In this document: positions 16,346 to 25,789 of the stretch, one piece after another
Numbering within the stretch: the stretch's first letter is position 1
Layout: every line of letters starts with the position of its first letter
Source: Verrucomicrobiota bacterium
Lineage (GTDB): Bacteria > Verrucomicrobiota > Verrucomicrobiia > Limisphaerales > SIBE01
DNA length: 64,000 bases
Direction: 5' to 3'
Assembly (NCBI GenBank): GCA_016209525.1
Contig: JACQWK010000074.1
Location: 2,205-66,204, forward strand
The notes under the pieces: model-generated
What the model was told of the DNA's origin: nothing
The model's database searches: none
The model's input: only the letters and a program-made list of their open reading frames with translations
Translations under genes and position numbers: made by a program

Positions 16346-19161
16346 GGCTGTTCGGTTGGTTGATGGATCCGGTTCACAAAGGCCCAAGCCATCCAGAAGT
16401 GGATGAAGTTGCGCGGAGACAGGGCAGGTTCGTTGAGATTCTCACCAATGAGCGCGCCAATCCAGCGGCCGGCGTTGCTCGTGGCGTCGGCCTGGTCTTG
16501 GTTCGCCTGCTTTTTCAATACATGGCGCAACTCAGCTTCCACAGAGCCCTTCAAGTCCGAAGTCCATTGCTTCTCCCAACCGTCGTCGTTGTTCTTGTCG
16601 GTGGAGCCCAGCAACGGGCGAATCAACTGGAGGTAGCGATAGGCAAAACGTCCGCTCTGATCGAGATGCCCACTGCTGAGTTCGGCCCAAACGCCGGCCA
16701 CGCCGCTGGACCATTTCGCCGCGAACCGGGCCGACTCGCCGCAGCGTTTGAGGATGCTTACACAGAAAGCGCCTTTCCCAGGCACGGACTTGGCCGCGTG
16801 TTCGGCGTCACGCGCGGCCTGAATGGTGTCTTGCATGGGCGTGCGAACGTGGCCGATCGCGATGCCGACCGACGCGGTGGATTCGGGTCCCATGACCATG
16901 AGGGGCCAATTGGGGCGATGATGCTCCTCTGAACTCGCGTGCTCCTGGCAGCAAACGAAACCGGGCGTGGGGAATTCAAAGAGGTTCAACAATACTCGCC
17001 GAACGCGATTGTCTTCGGGCAAAGATTCGATTGCTTTTTTATCTCCACGAAAGGCCAGCGTGAGCGCTTGAGCGCAATCCAGGGCAGTTTCGGCGGGCAA
17101 CATGGCCAGGACGTCGTCGCCTCCAGAGAAAAGAAGCCGCCCGTGAAACTCGTCGTGTTCCACGATGGACTTAACGCAGTAGAGGCCGAAGTTGCTGAGG
17201 GCTTCGGAAAGGGCCACATGGAATCCTGGCGTGAGCACGCGACGAACGCTTTTGAATGGCGGCAGGCCAGCGGAATTGGAGGTATCCCAGTACTTCTTGA
17301 AATAGCCCTTCGGTGATTTCTCGTCTGATTCGTCACCAGCAAGCGAAGTCAAAAGCGGCGGCGCTTTCACTCCACTCACCCATTGGCCCATGTCGTCCCC
17401 GTCCATCGCGAGGACGGCGTAATAGGTCGGTTCTTTCTCTTTAGCTGCCTCGCCCTCTTCGCGGGCAATCGCGACGTCGATGACTGACTCAAACTCCGGT
17501 GGCATACACTTTAGGATTTTCATCATCCAGAGGTTTGAAAGACGTTTGATGACGTTCAAAGCTCCGTACTTTTGTTTGCCTTTGAACTTGCCACGCTCCT
17601 CGCCGCCGTAGGCTTCGCGGAGCACAGCCCAAAACCGATTGTTTGGATTGTCCGGATTGTCTTCGGCCAGCCCTTGAGTCGGGCCGCCCAAAACTTCGCT
17701 CCGTCCATCCAAGTGGTCCTTGGGCACGCCACGTTCCAGTTGCCGGTTGGCGCCATCCCAAGTGGCGAAGGCGCGGGCATTCTTGGCGGCAGCGAATTTC
17801 CAGTCGGTAAGGGCGTAGTTCAGTGCCCAAACCAAGCCCGCGTTGTCGAAAACCGGCATTGCTCCGAGTGCGAGTGGTTGACCGTTCGCGTCCAACAGCA
17901 GAGATTTCCATTCCGTCCCCTCTTTCCACGACTTGCGCTTGTAGCAGCGGGCGTCTCGGTGTTCGGGAAGGATCATCTCTCTGGCCCATTGAACCGCGTG
18001 CCGGAGCGGGTGGTTCTTCCATCCATCCTTCAGCGGCGGTGTGGCAAGCTCTTCGGCTTGTTTGATGGCCTGCTCCGGCCCAAGCCAGTCATGCACGACG
18101 TAATCCACGATTGGGAAGCGGGCGACCTGTTCATCCCAGAACATATCCCAGTCGGGGAAGTGGCCGTCCGTCTGTTTCAGCTCTTCGACAATGTCGTCAC
18201 GGACTGCTTTGGCGATTCGGCTCCATTCGGTACGAACAGACTCCTCGGCAATCTCAGGAAGCGTCTTTCCGTCGGGTTTCGCGTCTTTCCGCCATCCCTT
18301 CGGAATTACCGCGAGGAAGCGGTTGGGTAGGTTCGGCGTGAGCAGTTCGTTTTCGTGCGAAGCGCGCAGCTTGCTTGGCAGGATGCCTTGGTTGTGCCAG
18401 AACCAATCTGCCAAGGGCACGCCGCGCAGTTGAGGGTAGATGATAGCGTCGGGACCGATTTCGCGAGCGATCGCCAACATCGCTTGCGCGATGAGGTAGC
18501 TCAGCAAAAAACTGCCGGCCCATAAATCCTGTGTCTTGCGGGCCTGCTTGATGAAATCCTGAACAGGACCGATCTGGAACAGGAGAAAGGAGACGCCTTG
18601 CTCGCAATTCGCCAAGGCGCTGACCAACCCGTTGTGCTGCCAAAGCGTGTGGTCAGGAATGCGAGTGTCGGCGACCAGGAAGTTGAGTTGTCCGGTCTCG
18701 CGGGCGCAGAGTTCGGGCCAAAGGCGCCAGACCAGTGGGAATTTTCGTTTCCAGTCCTGTCCTTCCTTGGCGCCGACGCGCTGAAGGGCACGGGTCATCA
18801 TGGTTTCCGCGGCTTCAGGCGTGGCCGGAAACTCGGAAAGGGACAACGACGTCCCCGCGAGCGGATGGTGGAATGCGAAGCCGCTTTCCCTCCAATCCGA
18901 CCTGACGCCGCTGAGTTCGGGATGGGGAAAGACAAAACGATCCGCCGCCGCAGCCATGTGATCGTCCATACGGACGAAATGGTGGCGCATGTCATCCAAT
19001 GTCAGACCTACTTCCCGCAGAAATGATTCGCGCGCGTCTTCATGCCCCGCGATGCGGAAAGGCTTGTGCGGCGGATCGTGCAGGAAGGCGAGGAGTTTTC
19101 GTTTCCAGAGTTCAGACATAACGCGAAGAGGGTTTGAAGCGGGCGCAGGACGTTCAGTCAT
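16342..19161 (-). CDS. cas10: Type III-B Cas10/Cmr2 (operon B)
   Basis: KLLAFLHDPP, ADTRIPDHT, IGPVQDFIKQARKTQDLWAGSFLLS, AMDGDDMG, FSGGDD. Confidence 0.97.
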   Translation of the reverse strand: MTERPAPASNPLRVMSELWKRKLLAFLHDPPHKPFRIAGHEDARESFLREVGLTLDDMRHHFVRMDDHMAAAADRFVFPHPELSGVRSDWRESGFAFHHPLAGTSLSLSEFPATPEAAETMMTRALQRVGAKEGQDWKRKFPLVWRLWPELCARETGQLNFLVADTRIPDHTLWQHNGLVSALANCEQGVSFLLFQIGPVQDFIKQARKTQDLWAGSFLLSYLIAQAMLAIAREIGPDAIIYPQLRGVPLADWFWHNQGILPSKLRASHENELLTPNLPNRFLAVIPKGWRKDAKPDGKTLPEIAEESVRTEWSRIAKAVRDDIVEELKQTDGHFPDWDMFWDEQVARFPIVDYVVHDWLGPEQAIKQAEELATPPLKDGWKNHPLRHAVQWAREMILPEHRDARCYKRKSWKEGTEWKSLLLDANGQPLALGAMPVFDNAGLVWALNYALTDWKFAAAKNARAFATWDGANRQLERGVPKDHLDGRSEVLGGPTQGLAEDNPDNPNNRFWAVLREAYGGEERGKFKGKQKYGALNVIKRLSNLWMMKILKCMPPEFESVIDVAIAREEGEAAKEKEPTYYAVLAMDGDDMGQWVSGVKAPPLLTSLAGDESDEKSPKGYFKKYWDTSNSAGLPPFKSVRRVLTPGFHVALSEALSNFGLYCVKSIVEHDEFHGRLLFSGGDDVLAMLPAETALDCAQALTLAFRGDKKAIESLPEDNRVRRVLLNLFEFPTPGFVCCQEHASSEEHHRPNWPLMVMGPESTASVGIAIGHVRTPMQDTIQAARDAEHAAKSVPGKGAFCVSILKRCGESARFAAKWSSGVAGVWAELSSGHLDQSGRFAYRYLQLIRPLLGSTDKNNDDGWEKQWTSDLKGSVEAELRHVLKKQANQDQADATSNAGRWIGALIGENLNEPALSPRNFIHFWMAWAFVNRIHQPTEQP

Positions 19162-19201
19162 GGCGAGACCCTACATCCCGGAAGGGAGAACGTCCTGATT
19201 G

Positions 19202-19354
19202 CGGACGTCCGGGGACGTCGGAGGAAATTCTTGGAGTTTTGGGCTTCTCTTGCACGGTTTTCCTTTGGCTACGGTCGAGAAGTGTATGGCGCGCAGCGGC
19301 CCAGGCAACGGAAAGTTATTGGATGTTGTTCACTGGCTTTTCACAGGTTACTCC
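19202..19354 (-). promoter_or_regulatory. Conserved cas10 leader, copy B (operator copy 4 at 19202-19219 plus upstream sigma70-like promoter)
   Basis: Near-identical to 31941-32091; operator 41 nt from ATG 19161; sense TTGCCT-N16-TACACT upstream. Confidence 0.8.
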
Positions 19355-19689
19355 TGCTCAGCACCCAAACCCTTTCGGTGTCTGCAGAGAAATGGGACGA
19401 GGCGGTCCTGCCAGCCTGCCGGCAAGGTGGCCGTAGTCTCATCCACCCCGTGGGCGTAGTAGCCGAAGGTTTGATGAAACGTGGAAAGCTCGCCGATTGC
19501 GCCGTCGATCAAGATGGATGTGGCTGGAGCATGGTGCGGAAACACATCCGCCTCGATCGAAACCAACAAATCAGTGGGCGCATCGGGAAACTGGCCGAGC
19601 ACAGCTTGGCTTCCAACGACAACGATCTCTCGCTCGTCGGTTATGGCAGCGGCGGCGCGAAGGATGTGTTCAAACTGGCTGCGATTCAT
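19348..19689 (-). pseudogene. Truncated DUF6036-like nucleotidyltransferase
   Basis: MNRSQFEHILRAA..IVVVGSQA..EADV..GYYAHGV..LPAGWQDRL, then stops; lacks the K..GREKD region of the 32228 paralogue. Confidence 0.8.
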
Positions 19690-20020
19690 AGCGCTCCAGG
19701 ATAGCCAGGCGCTCCTGCGGTGTGAGCACGCCCGCAAACGGACTGGACTGGCGCAGGCGCCTGGCGCGCTCGTCCGTTGATCGGAGCAGTGCCAAAAGGT
19801 CGTTGAACGGGAGTGTGTCGAGCAGGTGTTGCCATTCCAGCAGGGCCGGCTGTCGATTCTGCGCCAGCCACCGTCGGAGGTTGCGACGGGCCACTTCCAA
19901 TAACTCGGGATGTTCGGCCAGCTTTTTGGCCACAGCGTCATGCAATGCCAGGCTGCGCTGGTCGATCCATTCGTGCGATCTCATACCGTCAACCGTAAGG
20001 TTTCCTGCTCCATCCGTCAT
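19670..20020 (-). CDS. Partner (putative antitoxin) of DUF6036-like NTase
   Basis: C-terminal RLRQSSPFAGVLTPQER shared with 32752-33066 (RLRDFAPFAGVLTAAER). Confidence 0.75.
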   Translation of the reverse strand: MTDGAGNLTVDGMRSHEWIDQRSLALHDAVAKKLAEHPELLEVARRNLRRWLAQNRQPALLEWQHLLDTLPFNDLLALLRSTDERARRLRQSSPFAGVLTPQERLAILERYESQPV

Positions 20021-20497
20021 GCTTTGACTTCAAACCGGACTGAGATCAAAGGCCAGCGCGCGGGGACAGGTTTCGTAGTCCAGCAGGCCAAAGCCGCAGG
20101 CAAGTCTTCGCGAAAGAGGTTGCGCAGACGATCGGCGATGGACTGAACCTGCCCGGCATCGATGGTTTCCTTGCCGTGGCCGTACAGGCTTTCATTGCGG
20201 CGCTGTAGGCGACGGCATTCGTGAATGTCGTCGTGGTTCGGAATGGCGTGGCAGGCTGCTGACTCCGACCAAGGGCGCGAAGCTGTCCAGGTCGGCTACC
20301 GTCTCGCGGATCAAGTCGGCGACGGGCGTGGATTTCTCCGACGCGCTGGGCACGAGCCAGAAGAGGCGCGGGCGCAATTGGTGGAGCGTGTTGACCAACC
20401 CTTGCGCGAGATTCGAGTGCGTCCCCGACGTGCCCGTGCCAACGGTGAGGATGAGGAGGGAAGATGACTCTTGATGAAATCCGAAATCAGAATTCAT
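20017..20497 (-). pseudogene. CARF-HEPN (TIGR02710-like) remnant with frameshift and large internal deletion
   Basis: CARF start LLILTVGTG...LVPS; after a +1 shift near 20271 reads WSESAACHAIPNHDDIHECRRLQRRNESLYGHG (HEPN RN-x4-H type). Confidence 0.7.
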
Positions 20498-20567
20498 AAA
20501 TCATAAACCCCGGTGACAAGCGCGAATATTGACACGCGGTCCGGACACGGTTAAGCAATTCGGAGTC

Positions 20568-20759
20568 ATGGCTGTTCTGAAAACCAAAGCCAAACCATCG
20601 GCCGGCAAAGCGCGACCGGGACGGCGTCTGGGCGGGCGGCAACTGGCTTTGATCTTGCAGAAAATGGATTCCGCAAAAACTCCGGACGAACGGAAACGGT
20701 GGCGGCGGGAATTCATGCGCGGCTTCTACGGGGACAACCGCGCGGATCGCCGTGCCTAG
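20568..20759 (+). CDS. Small basic protein, putative antitoxin
   Basis: 63 aa; TTGACA promoter-like site at 20529; overlaps the next ORF. Confidence 0.6.
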   Translation: MAVLKTKAKPSAGKARPGRRLGGRQLALILQKMDSAKTPDERKRWRREFMRGFYGDNRADRRA

Positions 20760-20997
20760 AATCAGGCGCGGGAATCTTCCTCCTGCTTTGCTGGCCCATC
20801 TTGTCGATCGAAGAGAGAAATGGTCCATCTCCTACGATCAAATGGCCGCCTTCGCCGATTGGCTGGAGACAGACCCGGAGGTCCCGAATGGAAAATGGTT
20901 CAAACACTTCGCCGGTTTTTGCGTGTGCGGCCAAGGCGAATTGATCAAGACATTTTTGCCAAAGGGACGACTGCCCGAAGGGGTCGAGGTGTTTTGA
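20752..20997 (+). CDS. Small hypothetical protein, putative toxin
   Basis: 81 aa, ..HLVDR...PEVPNGKWFKHF..VCGQGELIKTFL; two-gene cassette layout. Confidence 0.65.
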   Translation: MPRIRRGNLPPALLAHLVDRREKWSISYDQMAAFADWLETDPEVPNGKWFKHFAGFCVCGQGELIKTFLPKGRLPEGVEVF

Positions 20998-21002
20998 GCG
21001 AC

Positions 21003-21168
21003 TGCGGGCGGTGCCGACGGCGAGGATGAGGTTTTCCGCCGCCTGATGAAAACGGTCATCGCGACTGCGGACCTGCACGACCGTCTTGGGCCTGAGGGCC
21101 AGTAGCGGGAACAGGTTGTGCATCGTTTCTTCGCTGATGAGTTGGATGAGGGCGAGGGGCGAAGCCAT
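21003..21168 (-). pseudogene. N-terminal fragment of a DUF1887/Card1-like CARF gene
   Basis: ALIQLISEETMHNLFPLLALRPKTVVQVRS resembles the N-terminus of 8139-9230; cut by the + strand cassette. Confidence 0.65.
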
Positions 21169-21189
21169 TTTCGATGTTATACGAAGGTC

Positions 21190-21612
21190 TCACGCCTGCG
21201 CTTTTTCGCGACCCGCGGGTCTTCGCTCCGAAGCGTGCTCGGAAGCGCGGTTCAGGGCGTTGGCGGTGACGAACAGATTGCGCGAACGAAACTCCATCGG
21301 GCTTTCGAGCAGGAGGGTCGTCCGAAACGCCGGGGACGGCAGGGCGAAGAAAGGCCGGTCCAGGCAACGACCGCGTTCGTAAACCCAGTCCGGAATGGAG
21401 AACTCGAATCGCCGGCAAAGGTGTTCGGCTGCGGCGGCCAGAAAAGCGTCGATCATCGTGCCCTGCGGATGGGCGCTGGCGAGCAGGGCTGGGCGTTCCT
21501 GAACCCGGGCCGGGTCCGGCGCCAGATAAAAGGCATCCAGGAAATCGCCCAACTCGATTTCGAGTGGCCGGCCGTCGCGCACGTTTTCGGCCAGTTCACG
21601 CAGGGTTTTCAT
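21190..21612 (-). CDS. Hypothetical protein, probable NTase partner/antitoxin
   Basis: GDFLDAFY...DAFLAAAAEHL..PDW..LDRPFF..ESPMEFRSRNLFV, a pattern I recall next to DUF6036-type NTases. Confidence 0.7.
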   Translation of the reverse strand: MKTLRELAENVRDGRPLEIELGDFLDAFYLAPDPARVQERPALLASAHPQGTMIDAFLAAAAEHLCRRFEFSIPDWVYERGRCLDRPFFALPSPAFRTTLLLESPMEFRSRNLFVTANALNRASEHASERRPAGREKAQA

Positions 21613-21785
21613 GTTGTATCTCTTCCAGGATGGCTTCGACAAAGAATTGTGTCTTGGGCTGAATCAGGTTCCTCGGATAATAGGCTTCGCCGACCACGCC
21701 ACGCTGCGCGAGGCGACGGGGACAACTCATCGAGGGCGTCGAGGATGCGCTGGCGGTCCAGTGGGATCGTGGTCTGTTCTGCCTT
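21596..21785 (-). pseudogene. DUF6036-like NTase remnant (N- and C-termini joined by deletion)
   Basis: LDRQRILDALDELS/(+1)RRLAQRGVVGE joined directly to AYYPRNLIQPKTQFFVEAILEEI. Confidence 0.6.
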
Positions 21786-21839
21786 TCTACCTATGCGATC
21801 GAATTCTTTGGTTCCCGATAGGCAGCCCCACAAGCGGGC

Positions 21840-23189
21840 TCAGCCAGTGAACGGCTTTAGGGCTTCGTCGTTCTTCATGGCCTCGTAGAGGGTCGGAGAA
21901 CGCGTACCGTCCGGCAAAGTGACCATCGCGACTTGGCGTTCCTGGCCGTTGAGGTAAACCCGCTTTCCGTCGGGCCACTTGTGGGCGTCCACGAAGATGA
22001 CCAGGGCATGCCACTTGCCTTGAGCATCCTTGTGCGGACGGAGCAACACGGGGGAGGCGAAGCGGCCTTCGCTGTCGTTTTGGCCCTTCGGCTTCGTTCC
22101 CCAGTTAACCGTTTTTCGAGGTCTAAAGCTGGAAAACGACTGGATAATAGGCAACCCGATTGCCGGGCGGTAAGTTTCTTCCTGCATTCCTTCTTGCGAT
22201 TCGCTATCTGTGCTGGCCGAGCTTGGCGAACTGCCAGGAGGGAATCCAAGCCGTGCCAACCCCTCATTGTGATCACGACGCGCTTTTGGGAACCCAGGCA
22301 TGTTCCTGTGGTAGTCCTTCTGGTAGCTCGGAATTGGATTTGGCGAGTTGGCCTCCTTGGGCCACGTGACGCTCATCTGCCCGTGCTGCCGCCATGCTCG
22401 TAACCAAACGGCAAGCTTGCTGAGCTCGTCCATTTGTATCGGACTCAACCGCTGAATTGGGTTTCGCGCGTGAGCGGAGTCGGTGTTATAGGCATCCCGG
22501 AACTTGTTTTCTGAGGCGATGAGAGCTTGGAACTTTTGGCTTTCTGAGGCGAGTTCTCGAATCGCTACGTTATCGGGTTGGCCGAAGCGGGCCAAGGCAT
22601 CTTGGACTGAGACCGCAGTTAAGGTTCCGCCAACAACAGGTCGAAGCGCGCCCATGCCTCGGCGAGCTCGGAAACCGAGACTGCCCAGATGCGCGAATAT
22701 GTTCAGTAACGCTTGGATGTCATGAATCACGTCCTGGGCATCGGACCAAGGCGCTTTGTCCCCGCTTAAGTTGAGCCGCAGCTCAAAACGTGGAAGTGCT
22801 TGAACAAATACGCCGCGCTTTCGCGGATCGTCTCCCTGTTTGCGGAGCGGAAATAACAAATAGCCCCGTGGGTCAAACGGCTTTCCAGCATTGAGGTCGT
22901 CAATGTTCTTGGTTTCGTTAGAGAGAAGGGTTGTTGGCGCAAAGGACCGGACTTGCAGCCGAAGTTTCCCTGCTCGCCCTGTATCGCCCGCCGTAGAGCC
23001 AAAGATGATCGCCTCTTGTTTCCGGACGGTCATTCTGCGTTCGAGTGACTTGAAGCCGCCGAGTGTGCGGAACCACCAGCGGAGCTGGCCGCGGATAGAG
23101 GGGGCGCGGATTTCGGCCTGCCGCTCCGGTTCCGCCCCGCCGCAAAAGCAGGGCGTGATGAGTTCGAGATGAAAGGTTTCGGTTTTCAT
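21840..23189 (-). CDS. cmr1: Type III-B RAMP Cmr1 (operon A)
   Basis: ITPCFCGGA..EIRAPSIRGQLRWWFR, GSLGFRARRGMG, GLPI, RFASPV. Confidence 0.95.
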   Translation of the reverse strand: MKTETFHLELITPCFCGGAEPERQAEIRAPSIRGQLRWWFRTLGGFKSLERRMTVRKQEAIIFGSTAGDTGRAGKLRLQVRSFAPTTLLSNETKNIDDLNAGKPFDPRGYLLFPLRKQGDDPRKRGVFVQALPRFELRLNLSGDKAPWSDAQDVIHDIQALLNIFAHLGSLGFRARRGMGALRPVVGGTLTAVSVQDALARFGQPDNVAIRELASESQKFQALIASENKFRDAYNTDSAHARNPIQRLSPIQMDELSKLAVWLRAWRQHGQMSVTWPKEANSPNPIPSYQKDYHRNMPGFPKARRDHNEGLARLGFPPGSSPSSASTDSESQEGMQEETYRPAIGLPIIQSFSSFRPRKTVNWGTKPKGQNDSEGRFASPVLLRPHKDAQGKWHALVIFVDAHKWPDGKRVYLNGQERQVAMVTLPDGTRSPTLYEAMKNDEALKPFTG

Positions 23190-24757
23190 GGTGCCTTGGG
23201 TGGGGCGACGCGAGGGAATTTCGCGGCGAGGTTGGCAATGGCTTTGGCAATCTTGGATTTTGAATTTGCCCGGTCAGCGGCGAAGAGGTCCGGTGCGGTA
23301 ACAAGCAAGAAGTGAAAGAGCGTGAACTGAAATCGCTCGTCCTGCTGCGCCCAGAATCTCTCTTCGGTGGCAAAGGGGTTGATCTGACCTCGGAGGTCCG
23401 GCTCTTTCATGGCACCGAGTTTTTCTATCAGAGCGAGATCCGGTTGGAGAGTCGCGCGGGCAGCCTCGCGGTCGGCCTTTTCCTTCGCTTGGCGGGCTTT
23501 CTCTGCCCGCGCTTCCTTCTCGGCGTCTTGAAGAGCGCGCATGGCATCGGTCACATCGGCAAACCATCCGTAGCCGGCGTTGGTTTTGGCACCGAGGCCG
23601 AAGGTTTCGAGGCCAGTCTTCAGCCACTGGCGGGCAAGCTGGACCAGCTTCGCGTCTCCACCGCGCAGCGGCGCAAGCGCGAAAGCGAAGATGTGGCCGG
23701 GCGCGACGGCGGGGAAGACGTTTGGTACCGGCTCCTCAATATCGGGAGCGGTGCTCCACTTGCGATTCCATTCCTCCCACTCATGCGGTTTCTTGTTCCG
23801 GTCCGGTTCATTGTAATATGCCTGGTGGTGAACCGTGACAACGTCGAGTTCGAGTTTGCCGAGCTCGGGCGGATCGAGCGGCAGGCCCTTCACCCCCTTC
23901 ACATCCACCGAGCAGGCGGGCAGGAAGGAGACGGAGCCGCCGAAGTTCGGAAGCGCCTTCCAAGGGGTCGGTTGTTTCTCCTTCGGAACCTTCCATCCGA
24001 ACTCGGAGCAAAGTTTTTCCGCTGCGACTCGCCAGATATCGGTCGGATTACCGCTGCACGCCCACGCGAAATCGGACTCGTCCTTCCAATCCTGTTCACA
24101 CCAGCCGAAGACGCAGGCGATGGCGGCGAGCATTTCAGCGGGAGTGCTGAATGGTTCGCAGGCGGCCTTGAAGAGGTTGTCTTTGTCCTGCTCCGTTGCG
24201 CCGGGTTTCTGGCCGGATTCGCACCACTCGCGCAGGGCGGCCAACGCGCCGCGCCGGGCGCAACCTTTCACTGCGCTGCCGGGGATGTAAGGCAGGCCGA
24301 AGCGGTCCAAGCACAGGCCGGCGTTTTCCATCACCCCGCCGGTCATGTTGACCATGAGACGGGATTGGAGTTGGGCGTAGAGCAAGCCGGCATCTGCAAT
24401 TGAACTGAGGAGGGCTTGGTGGCTGGACACAGGCTTGAGGGCTTCGGCAGGGCCGATGTCGGCAGTCCGTCGTGCCAGGGGCGCAGTGTCCTCCAGGAAT
24501 TCCTCGAATTTCTGCCGCTCCTCCGGTTTTCGCGCTGTGTTGCGTTCTTTCTCCCAAGTGGCTCGAAGTTTCAAGAGAAACTCAAAGCGGCCCGCCTTGA
24601 ACGAATCCTCGCACACCCGGGCGAAGTGCAGTCGGCGTGCTTCGTCCATTTTTGGATGGTCGTAAACAAAGCGGTCGAGCAGCAGCGAACGGCTGTCGAA
24701 CTTCTCAGCAGACGCTCGAAAGAGCGCGCCAGTGTCGTTGGGCATGAGGGTCGGCAT
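23186..24757 (-). CDS. cmr6: Type III-B RAMP Cmr6 (operon A)
   Basis: ENAGLCLDRFGLPYIPGSAVKG, LDVVTVHH..YY, GLGAKTNAGYGWF. Confidence 0.95.
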   Translation of the reverse strand: MPTLMPNDTGALFRASAEKFDSRSLLLDRFVYDHPKMDEARRLHFARVCEDSFKAGRFEFLLKLRATWEKERNTARKPEERQKFEEFLEDTAPLARRTADIGPAEALKPVSSHQALLSSIADAGLLYAQLQSRLMVNMTGGVMENAGLCLDRFGLPYIPGSAVKGCARRGALAALREWCESGQKPGATEQDKDNLFKAACEPFSTPAEMLAAIACVFGWCEQDWKDESDFAWACSGNPTDIWRVAAEKLCSEFGWKVPKEKQPTPWKALPNFGGSVSFLPACSVDVKGVKGLPLDPPELGKLELDVVTVHHQAYYNEPDRNKKPHEWEEWNRKWSTAPDIEEPVPNVFPAVAPGHIFAFALAPLRGGDAKLVQLARQWLKTGLETFGLGAKTNAGYGWFADVTDAMRALQDAEKEARAEKARQAKEKADREAARATLQPDLALIEKLGAMKEPDLRGQINPFATEERFWAQQDERFQFTLFHFLLVTAPDLFAADRANSKSKIAKAIANLAAKFPRVAPPKAP

Positions 24758-24760
24758 GGC

Positions 24761-25150
24761 TTACCCCTCCGAATTGCTTTTCTCTTTTGTGGTGAATCGC
24801 TTCACGTAGCCGATGAAAACCAAAGCTTCCGCAGTGGCGCGTTGCAGGCGGTTGGAATTGGCCCCGGGGTCGTTCCGGTCTGAGAGTTGGCGGATCAACA
24901 TGTCGCTGTCCGTGACCCCTGGAAGAATACCGATTTCGGGTGACGCCAAGTGCCCGGCCACACCGTTCAGCACGGCCTGCATGGCGGGGCGTTTGGCCTG
25001 TCGCCTTTCGTTCTTCTCGTTGGCGAATGCCGTGGTGGCCAAAAGGCCGTTGGCGATGATCATCGCCGGCAGCTTGTTGACATCCGCCTTCGTTGTGCGT
25101 TCGGCCACCAGCAAAGCGTTTGCCGCCCGGATTTGTTCGAGGTTTTCCAT
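24761..25150 (-). CDS. cmr5: Type III-B small subunit Cmr5 (operon A)
   Basis: NLEQIRAANA, LPAMIIANGL, ATAEALVFIGYVKRF. Confidence 0.95.
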   Translation of the reverse strand: MENLEQIRAANALLVAERTTKADVNKLPAMIIANGLLATTAFANEKNERRQAKRPAMQAVLNGVAGHLASPEIGILPGVTDSDMLIRQLSDRNDPGANSNRLQRATAEALVFIGYVKRFTTKEKSNSEG

Positions 25151-25154
25151 AGGT

Positions 25155-25544
25155 TTACCAGAGGCTTTTGAGGTTGGGGTATTGCCGAATGCGATCGTCG
25201 GGTGTCACGAGCGTGAGAGCATGCTCCATCGCCGTTGCTATTAATATTCGGTCGAAGGGGTCCTTGTGGATTGGGGATAATTCCGTGGATCGTGCTGCCA
25301 ACCGGCTATCGAGAGGCAACTCTACCAGGCCATTCCATCGGCAGACTTCGGGAAACCACTCGCTGACGGGATTGGGAAGTTGCAATTTGCCCTTGGCGAC
25401 CTTGATCCCAAGCTCCCAAGCTGAGACAGGGGAGACGTGGATAACCGAACCGGGTTCGGAGAGAACGCGCCGGACGGACTGTGGCATCTGGTCCGGATCG
25501 TCCGCCAGCCAGAGCAAGGTGCAAGTGTCCAACAAGCAGTTCAT
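25155..25544 (-). CDS. vapC: PIN-domain toxin VapC
   Basis: LLDTCTLLW, SAWEL..K, HKDPFDRILIA, LVTPD. Confidence 0.92.
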   Translation of the reverse strand: MNCLLDTCTLLWLADDPDQMPQSVRRVLSEPGSVIHVSPVSAWELGIKVAKGKLQLPNPVSEWFPEVCRWNGLVELPLDSRLAARSTELSPIHKDPFDRILIATAMEHALTLVTPDDRIRQYPNLKSLW

Positions 25545-25783
25545 CGGTATTCGGAGGGCCACTCGTCTTCCGACAGAGGTTCGGTTGGATCGTAGTTGAT
25601 GGCGATGGGCTTGAGGTCCGGATTTGGTTTTAATCTGTCGATTTTTGCCCGGGGCGTGGTGGCCTTAAGCTCTGCCACCGGTTTCCCTTCGCGGCAAATC
25701 AACACGGTTTCCCCCGTTTCTTCGACCGCGGCCAACAGTTTCGGGAAGCTGGCCGCGGCTTCCTCAACATTTACGGTTGTCAT
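25541..25783 (-). CDS. Phd/YefM-family antitoxin
   Basis: VNVEEA...LL..VE.GETVLICREGKPVAEL; ATGA overlap with PIN gene. Confidence 0.9.
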   Translation of the reverse strand: MTTVNVEEAAASFPKLLAAVEETGETVLICREGKPVAELKATTPRAKIDRLKPNPDLKPIAINYDPTEPLSEDEWPSEYR

Positions 25784-25789
25784 AGGCCA

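Noticed and set aside
19310..19350. DnaA-box-like words (TTGTTCAC, TTTTCACA) in the conserved leader
   Set aside because: Imperfect matches with no origin context; retained only as part of the conserved leader.
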